Below, piece by piece: positions 49,794 to 56,311 of a DNA stretch of 64,000 nucleotides. The translations under genes and the position numbers were made by a program. The DNA lies in sequence record OR493421.1. One strand, written 5' to 3'. The notes below the pieces were generated by a model. That model was not told where the DNA came from. It searched no databases and saw only the letters and a program-made list of their open reading frames with translations. How positions within the stretch are numbered: position 1 is the stretch's first letter; every line of letters starts with the position of its first letter.

Positions 49794-50244
49794 GGTCGGG
49801 CTCTCTTAGATCGTAATCACTTATAAGGATTGCCAATACGCGAGTATTAATCAGATGATAGAACACTGGCTTTCTAATTAAAGTGTTAGGAGTGAGCGCA
49901 TAAATATGTTTAGCTATTACACATTTCATTGCGTCCAATATTTCCTCAAGTACTTCCGAGGAATAATGTTTTCTCGCTATCCTTTTATCGAAAGAGGTTT
50001 GATCAAAAGTTATACACTGAGTAGACAAGGGGAACTCATCCATAACGTACTGTATCAATCCACCAAAAACGATTTCTAGGTCAGACTCCTTTATTAAGGT
50101 AACGTCGGCTAGCTCCCGCTGGGACGACACGAACTCCGAGTACATTTCGTGTAAAGGAATTAAGTTTTTCTTGTAGTTCCCTTTTCCTAACGTTTTCAAG
50201 TTTTTGAAGTACGTCAACTCCTGGGTGATCGGAAACAATTTCAT
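49729..50244 (-). CDS. hypothetical protein (start uncertain, possibly 50145)
   Basis: ORF overlaps both neighbours. Confidence 0.5.
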   Translation of the reverse strand: MKLFPITQELTYFKNLKTLGKGNYKKNLIPLHEMYSEFVSSQRELADVTLIKESDLEIVFGGLIQYVMDEFPLSTQCITFDQTSFDKRIARKHYSSEVLEEILDAMKCVIAKHIYALTPNTLIRKPVFYHLINTRVLAILISDYDLREPDHASYPRSSKTHRRRNDDFPTP

Positions 50245-50653
50245 CGAGATCTTCTTCTTCGAGTATTTCTTGATTAAGAGAATTAACCGCTGCTATTGTT
50301 GCGTCGAGATCCATTTCAAAAATGAAATTTATCCGGCGTCCCGCTTTGACTTCTCTGACTCTAAACTTAACCCTAGGGTCGTAACCAGATTGTTTAGCCA
50401 TCTTTCTTACGTTAGTAGTAAGGTAACTGAAGATATGCTCGATGGCGTGATTACCGGCCATTGCTTGTTCAAAACGTCTGATAATATCCCAGATGTCATC
50501 GGGGCTATCCGCATTCAACGCTTCGACCACACCATCTATGATGGGTCTAATAAAACTCGTTAATTGCTTAGGATCCCCATCAGAAGTTTCTCCTACCGAA
50601 TAACCAAATGTTAAAATTTGGTCCTTAAGCCATTCCGATCCCACTGAGTACAT
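50081..50653 (-). CDS. hypothetical protein
   Basis: 190-aa ORF. Confidence 0.55.
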   Translation of the reverse strand: MYSVGSEWLKDQILTFGYSVGETSDGDPKQLTSFIRPIIDGVVEALNADSPDDIWDIIRRFEQAMAGNHAIEHIFSYLTTNVRKMAKQSGYDPRVKFRVREVKAGRRINFIFEMDLDATIAAVNSLNQEILEEEDLDEIVSDHPGVDVLQKLENVRKRELQEKLNSFTRNVLGVRVVPAGASRRYLNKGV

Positions 50654-50669
50654 ATTAGCTCACCTGCTG

Positions 50670-50975
50670 TTAGTAAGTAAAAATGATATTGAAGAGTCCA
50701 AGAGTAGGACTGATATATTCGACCTTGGCGTTTGTGGGAATTCCCAAAGTCATGTGTTCGATACTGGTCTTCAACATATCTCTGAATTCCCTTAGTGATT
50801 CTGGATAAAGAGGATAGCTCTCAGGTAACCCGTCGTCGATCTGATAACCGTGTTCGATTAAAGCCTCCTTGAGGAGCAACCTTTCTGCTGTAGCAACGTT
50901 ACTATCGACATTAAGTATCACAGAATGATATTCGCGAAAACTCAACGTTTTAACCACTCTGGTTGTTTTTATCAT
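50670..50975 (-). CDS. hypothetical protein
   Basis: 101-aa ORF with AGGA RBS. Confidence 0.6.
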   Translation of the reverse strand: MIKTTRVVKTLSFREYHSVILNVDSNVATAERLLLKEALIEHGYQIDDGLPESYPLYPESLREFRDMLKTSIEHMTLGIPTNAKVEYISPTLGLFNIIFTY

Positions 50976-51045
50976 AAAGCTTCCTGTAAAGGTTTATAAG
51001 CGACTTTTTAATTAGACCTATAGATAGATGCAAAAAATAAAGAAC

Positions 51046-51080
51046 TACTGCTACAGCCCCATAGAAGGGCTGTAGCAGTA
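51046..51080 (-). terminator. terminator after phuZ
   Basis: TACTGCTACAGCCC/GGGCTGTAGCAGTA 14-bp stem then U-rich run. Confidence 0.8.
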
Positions 51081-51089
51081 TTGTTTTAC

Positions 51090-52052
51090 TTAGTAGGACA
51101 TTCCGGAATCATCACCGCCGTTTCCAACCTGCTGGGCAGATTTAAAACGTTCGTTATTTTGGATCTCGATATCTTTAAGATCCTGAACCAGAACCAGGAT
51201 ATCTTTGATCGTCGCATCATGATCAAAGACCATGTGGAGATGTTCTATTCCAGCCGGGAAGTTAGTGCTGCCTTCCTGAATAACGCCGGTCGAACGGTAT
51301 GCCAGATTTTTAATATGGCTGCCGATGTCGTCCGCTTTACGATACAAACCAAATTCAGCAACCAGCCCTGGAGTAACGTTGTCCAGCTGAGTATCGGTCA
51401 AGAAGTCGATACGAGCAAGAGTAGGCGCCGCCTTGGTAACCTGGTTGTAATAGAACAGGTTCCGGATGTCTTGGAAATCGCTTTCTTCATGTTCGTCAGT
51501 TAAGAACAGGCTCAGGATATCAAGACGGCCGATGGCATATTTGTCGGCCAATCCGCGGCTGGGATATTTGGCGTTGTCCACGTAGTCGATGATAACCGGC
51601 ACGTTCAGATTGATGCGCTGGTTGTCCAGGCTTTCAAACGTTTTAACCGTGTTGTAGTTTTCCAGTTCAGAAGTCAGGTCACCTACGACCAACGCAATGA
51701 CCGGAACACCTTGAGAGAGGAGACGGTTGATCAGAGTCGGGCCGAATGTACTCCCGGTAGCGCCTGCCGCGTTCATGATGATCAGGTTGAAATCGCCCGG
51801 TTTATGTTTGGTCAAAATACTGTCAATAAACCCAGCGGCGATTTTACCGATCAGCTTACGTTCTTTACCACCGCCACGAGTTCCTTCAGGACGTTCGACC
51901 TTAAAGGCGTCGTTATGCGGTTTGTTGTTTTCACTGCTGTCCAGTCCAATGAACTGGGCTTTACGAATAAGCGTATTCGCACCGGTGGCAATCCATTTAG
52001 ACGCAATATTAATACCAGTACCGCCGCACGCGTAAACACGTAATGTACTCAT
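51090..52052 (-). CDS. phuZ: PhuZ phage tubulin
   Basis: YACGGTGINI T1 loop, RGGGKER, AAGATGS (tubulin signature variant), SDFQD T7 loop, short acidic tail; 320 aa. Confidence 0.9.
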   Translation of the reverse strand: MSTLRVYACGGTGINIASKWIATGANTLIRKAQFIGLDSSENNKPHNDAFKVERPEGTRGGGKERKLIGKIAAGFIDSILTKHKPGDFNLIIMNAAGATGSTFGPTLINRLLSQGVPVIALVVGDLTSELENYNTVKTFESLDNQRINLNVPVIIDYVDNAKYPSRGLADKYAIGRLDILSLFLTDEHEESDFQDIRNLFYYNQVTKAAPTLARIDFLTDTQLDNVTPGLVAEFGLYRKADDIGSHIKNLAYRSTGVIQEGSTNFPAGIEHLHMVFDHDATIKDILVLVQDLKDIEIQNNERFKSAQQVGNGGDDSGMSY

Positions 52053-52118
52053 TGATCTAGCTCCTAAAAGAAATTATGATAGTTGGAATGGAAAGCATTA
52101 TCTTTTGCTTTACATTAC

Positions 52119-52138
52119 CATAATTTAGAACTGAAAAA
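52119..52138 (-). promoter_or_regulatory. phage promoter motif upstream of phuZ
   Basis: TTTTTCAGTTCTAAATTATG, 19/20 identical to 23404-23423. Confidence 0.65.
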
Positions 52139-52184
52139 ATCTAGTTCTGACATAATTAAACAACTGCCGATTTAAAAAACGCGA

Positions 52185-52215
52185 AAAAAGTCCAGTAGGG
52201 CCGAACCCTACTGGA
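52185..52215 (-). terminator. intrinsic terminator ending the ribozyme/ncRNA transcript
   Basis: minus TCCAGTAGGG-TTCGG-CCCTACTGGA then CTTTTTT. Confidence 0.85.
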
Positions 52216-52383
52216 AGGAATAAAAATTCATGGTAGAACTTTAATGATGATGTGGCGATATTCATGAGATGATGTGATGGATCACCACACGAATTGGGTT
52301 GGGGTACTTAAAGGCACGACTCTTCTTTCCCCCTAAGTCGTAACTACTTCCGGCCCTAAGGTAGGTTGAGCGCGTAGCTCGAC

Positions 52384-52572
52384 TTATTCTTTCAGCTTAA
52401 AGTTCGTAATGCTAAACGAGTTAACGTTAGTAGCTTTATGAACCTCAGTGCGCAAAACGTCAAAGATGCGATTAGCGTTAGTGAGCAAACAGTCGGAAGT
52501 AATTTCTCCGCTGTAAGTCGTAAACACAGAATTAGGTATTCGGTATCGCACGGTATACTGGTATGTGTACAT
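52384..52572 (-). CDS. 62-aa hypothetical protein embedded in structured RNA region
   Basis: AGGAGG RBS with normal spacing, clean ORF. Confidence 0.7.
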   Translation of the reverse strand: MYTYQYTVRYRIPNSVFTTYSGEITSDCLLTNANRIFDVLRTEVHKATNVNSFSITNFKLKE

Positions 52573-52589
52573 AACGAACCTCCTAAGAA

Positions 52590-53242
52590 TTTACCCCATT
52601 ATCTCCGACTCCTCACGAAGAGAGAGATAACAGGTTATACTCTTGGGGAAGTTAACACTCAACTCAAACAGAGAGGTTATAACAAAAGCAATGGTAAAAG
52701 GCAAACGAAACGCCGTGGCAGAGGTTTCCTACTCGCCCCTTGGTGAGCGACAAAGGACGAATAGGCAATCATACTGCCGTAAGATTGCGAGGTGTGACCG
52801 TCTGAGATTTTGGAGTTCCTACGAAGCTGAGCAAGCTTCCCTTCGGACTCGGAGAACGTCGGGGGTTGGCCTAACCCTCAGAGATATCTCTACAATAACT
52901 CACGTTACCCGAATACGAAAGGCTGATTACTCCGGCCGGTTTCTTACCCGTAGCTAACCCGGTTTATCGCGGAAACCCCGCATACCGGTATAATTCGCTA
53001 ATACGACTTGCAGCCCTATCTTGGGCAGCGTCGTTTGGGTTGGGAAGAAACCCGCCTGAACCAACTTTCCGGCAAGCGACCAGACACGCTTCTTTCTCTC
53101 CCACTTTCGGTTGCTTATTGTCCGCTCGTAGAGTGCGGCACTCCTAATCATGAAAGAACTTTTTAGTGCGGGCAGGCGAAGAAGCTGAAGACCTCGGGGA
53201 CCATTGCCCCTAACTGCCCGTTCAACGCTTAGGTTGAATTAT
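52590..53242 (-). ncRNA. candidate large structured ncRNA downstream of hammerhead cleavage site
   Basis: More than ten hairpins, several needing G-U pairs that work only on the minus strand, a GUGA GNRA loop and long-range helices; no credible ORF. Confidence 0.65.
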
Positions 53243-53310
53243 GACCTAATAAAATAGATTCATTAGGTTTCGTCTTGTTTAGCGTCGAAGACTCATCAGA
53301 TAACACGACG
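53238..53310 (-). ncRNA. type I hammerhead ribozyme
   Basis: minus: GUUAU-CUGAUGA-GUCUU(cgacgcuaaac)AAGAC-GAA-ACCUAAUGAA(ucuau)UUUAUUAGGU-C/AUAAU; all core nucleotides present, GUC cleavage triplet. Confidence 0.92.
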
Positions 53311-53561
53311 TGAAGAAAAACGTTAATCTATCCCATTGAACAAAAACTTGTCTGTCACAGGAGAATGGCCGTCGCTACATGGCTAAGGACAATGGGTCTA
53401 ATAAGATTAACGAATAATGGGGATTGAACCCCCTGAAAATCTCTAGCTACTTTGGCTATCTCGCTCGTGGTAAGGAGGTTCAAAGAGATGAGGTTGGGTC
53501 GCTAGTTAATCAACAGGGAGTCCAAAGATCTTTACTAATAACATCACTCTGTCGTTAGGAA

Positions 53562-54356
53562 TTACTCAGGGTCGATGAAATTCACCTCAAGGGTTTGATA
53601 ATCCCCAATGGGGTTACTCAATAAAATCTGTTCGCCAGTAAAATACATTTCTGGCCACCCGATGTAATCCAGCAGAGCGAAAACCAGTTTTAAATCAAGT
53701 GGGATATTCGTATTGTCTTCGCCGACAACCGTCATGTGTCCAATAAGATTACCCGTCACGCTTTTGTCGTAATCCCGTATGGCTTTACGCCAACCACTGA
53801 CGACGTTAGACGACAGCAGGCTAAAGGGGTTACTTGCGCTACGGTCTCCTGGGAGGATTCGAATATCGTTATTGTCTACCCGAGCACTGAACCGACGGTC
53901 TAATAAAATATTATTCAGCAGTTCGTTAGCGTAACCGATCCCATTAGCGTCGAGGTCGATTAAGCGGTAGATACTCGGTTTAATTAAATCCTGGTGAGTG
54001 ACGAAAACCTGAGTCCCTCGGCTAATCGCGTGCTTCCAGCCTAACTCCACCAACAACTCGTGGACCTTACGAATCATGTCTGGGTTTTCCATCACGTTGC
54101 GAACGGTCAGTCGGGTTCCTTCAGACATTTCCAGGACTAATAAAATCTTTTTAGTCGCTATAAGATATCCGGGATCTCGAGGGGTTGCATTCAACGCATC
54201 AGGTAATTCTTGTAACAGGGATTCGTAACGATCAACACTTGCTGAGTCTTGTGATTTAACGTGCTTGTTGTTTTTCCATGGGTTAGCTGGTTGCATAGGA
54301 TATCGCCTCTTAGGGATGTTTCGGGTTAACTTTCGAACGGATGGGGTATTTGCCAT
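53562..54356 (-). CDS. hypothetical protein upstream of ribozyme locus (start uncertain)
   Basis: 264-aa ORF. Confidence 0.65.
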   Translation of the reverse strand: MANTPSVRKLTRNIPKRRYPMQPANPWKNNKHVKSQDSASVDRYESLLQELPDALNATPRDPGYLIATKKILLVLEMSEGTRLTVRNVMENPDMIRKVHELLVELGWKHAISRGTQVFVTHQDLIKPSIYRLIDLDANGIGYANELLNNILLDRRFSARVDNNDIRILPGDRSASNPFSLLSSNVVSGWRKAIRDYDKSVTGNLIGHMTVVGEDNTNIPLDLKLVFALLDYIGWPEMYFTGEQILLSNPIGDYQTLEVNFIDPE

Positions 54357-54419
54357 CTGACAATTCGAGATCTCTGTCCTGCTCAGAAGATTATGCTCTC
54401 CGTAAGATATTACTTTGCG

Positions 54420-55120
54420 GTTAAATCTTCTTGTCTCGATAAATCTAACTTGCAGTAAAAATTAATTATCTTGATTAAAATATTTTTATTCAGTGAATAA
54501 TCCTTCCTGAGAACTCGATCAGAACACCCTCTAAAAATTCCTGTATCGATTTCTAAAACGTTTTTTCATCCGACTGATACGAATTCCTAGGTTGAGTATT
54601 AAATCTTCTCAAAATCATTCCGGTTAATATTTTTTACTCTGTGTGATTTTTTCTGGATAATCTCTCAGGTTAAATCTTGTATTTTTATAACCCCTTCTCT
54701 ATTACGCGTGCGCGTGCGCACACACGCGCTGGCGCGCGCCTAATGAATATAAATATATATAAATATATATTTATATATTTTTTATAAAAACAAACTAATA
54801 AAATATTTATAATAATTTATATTAATATATTTTTAATAAATTAAAAATATAAAACCAAATGAAAATATAATACTACGTATTATATTTGTTTTTTATATGC
54901 GTGCGGGCGTACGCACGCGTAATAAGGACCCCTAGGAAAAATTGGATTTTTTGAGTATTAAAATTTTAGATTTTTTTAGATTTAGATTTTTGAAAATTGG
55001 ATTTGGAAAATCAAAACACAGAAAAATAAAAAACCCAGAACCGGAATCGGTTTTAGATTATCTTTGAAAAATTAGAATATCCGCGCACGCGAAAAATATA
55101 AATATAAAATAGATTTGTAT
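54420..55120. other. putative replication origin or other cis-acting DNA element
   Basis: About 160-bp near-pure A/T core flanked by 13-bp inverted repeat TATTACGCGTGCG (54700-54712 / 54912-54924), mirrored AAATCT/AGATTT motifs; lies between divergent genes. Confidence 0.55.
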
Positions 55121-55442
55121 GTAAAAATTTACCAATGACCAAAATTCCGAAGAAAGAATTTTCGGAGCGCTTGGGATTGTATGTCGGATTGATTCTTGCT
55201 CGAGTGAGATCATGGCAACTCGCCTTCGAGGAATTTTTCCGGAGGCGAGGTTTTTTCTGTGGGGTGTTGTCTTACGGCACGGAGTATTTTATACGGGAAA
55301 TAAAACTCAAAAACGTACGGGATCGTAAACCCGTTGAGTTTTTAAATTCCCGCAGTGAAATATTATAACCGCCGAAACCCCAGAGTAAAAATTCTCAGTT
55401 GAATTTTTATCGAGACGGAAATTTCTCCAGTCCCGAAACTCA

Positions 55443-56303
55443 GTGTGGGAGTTGATTATGAACTGCGTGGACTACGCGATCAACAAAGTTCTCAACGGGA
55501 GTGATATCCCCGAGTACCTGTTGGAGCTTGCGTTCTCGAACCCTAACGGGAATCTGACCGGGAACTGGTATAACCAGTACGCGCAGACCACCGTTCAGCA
55601 AGGTATTCGAGAAAAAATTATACATGCGATCATCCTACCCCGGTGTAACGTCCAGGGTGGGGTGACGGAGCTGATTGATTTAACCGGATCTCGGATTGAA
55701 CATCTCGGCCAAGGGATGCAGCTGGTTAACGTCCCTGATTTCTTGACGGGCGGTCGGAAAATTATTTCGGTTGTGGAAGTTTACCAGGGGGCGATGAATT
55801 CCTCCAGTGGGATCATGAGCGTACTTGGCAATGCTGACTCATGCGGGGTAGGTACTGTCAACGACGCACTGAACTCCATGATCAACGGGATGTTACCCAA
55901 CCGAGAAATCCCCCAGACGTTCACGAATATAACTCTCGTCGGGAATAACTCGTTTGTGATTCATGGAGCGCCGAGTGGGGTGTTCTCCCTGACAGGTAAA
56001 CTTATCCTGAGTTACGACGATGGTTTATCCACGATTCATCGAAGAGCTTACGATGTGTTCGGCGACTTGGTTATCCTGATGACCAAGAACTACATTTGGA
56101 AAACCGTTCGGTACAAAGTCGACGAAGGTGTAGCTCGTTCTGGTGTTCAGGTTGATATTATCCGTGACGATATCGCCGAATACCGTGATAGTCTTAACCA
56201 GTACGAGGAGTTGTTTAAAACTCGCTGGATAAAACTCATGACGTATTCTGACCCGGATCGGAGATACAACGCCATCAGAAACGCTGTCCCAAGTCGGATC
56301 TAG
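55443..56303 (+). CDS. conserved jumbo-phage protein, probably virion/neck associated
   Basis: ORF track starts at GTG; ATG at 55458 with GGGAG RBS likely; function is inference. Confidence 0.6.
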   Translation: MWELIMNCVDYAINKVLNGSDIPEYLLELAFSNPNGNLTGNWYNQYAQTTVQQGIREKIIHAIILPRCNVQGGVTELIDLTGSRIEHLGQGMQLVNVPDFLTGGRKIISVVEVYQGAMNSSSGIMSVLGNADSCGVGTVNDALNSMINGMLPNREIPQTFTNITLVGNNSFVIHGAPSGVFSLTGKLILSYDDGLSTIHRRAYDVFGDLVILMTKNYIWKTVRYKVDEGVARSGVQVDIIRDDIAEYRDSLNQYEELFKTRWIKLMTYSDPDRRYNAIRNAVPSRI

Positions 56304-56311
56304 GAGACGAT

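Noticed and set aside
50081-50244. 164-nt same-strand overlap suggesting programmed frameshift
   Set aside because: More simply explained by a later start codon for the downstream gene (for example 50145); no clear slippery site identified.
52955-52990. Group II intron domain V or RNase P P4 look-alike (AACCCGGUUUAUCG; CCGGUAUGCGG..CCGC..ACCGG)
   Set aside because: No AGC/CGC catalytic triad with correct bulge, no domain VI, no GAGGAAAGUCC partner; group I P7 elements also absent.
52438-53151. ORF-track ORFs 52438-52746, 52643-52957 and 52954-53151 in the structured region
   Set aside because: No RBS, Arg/Ser-rich random composition, non-ATG starts; the region is better explained as structured RNA.
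53150-53225. HDV-like/theta ribozyme (GGGCAG...UUCUUCGC CUGCCC...CUAA)
   Set aside because: P1 and an L3-like word are present, but P3, P1.1 and P2 cannot be formed properly.
53215-53237. Pistol ribozyme suggested by CCUAAGCGUUGA and nearby UUAGGG
   Set aside because: Elements are in the wrong order and P1/P2/P3 could not be assembled.
53419-53458. tRNA gene suggested by GGTTCAATCC T-loop
   Set aside because: No anticodon arm, no 7-bp acceptor stem or CCA; a competing nested fold exists.
55135-55368. 77-aa plus-strand ORF in the AT-tract region
   Set aside because: No RBS and composition driven by A/T tracts; cannot be excluded but is unsupported.
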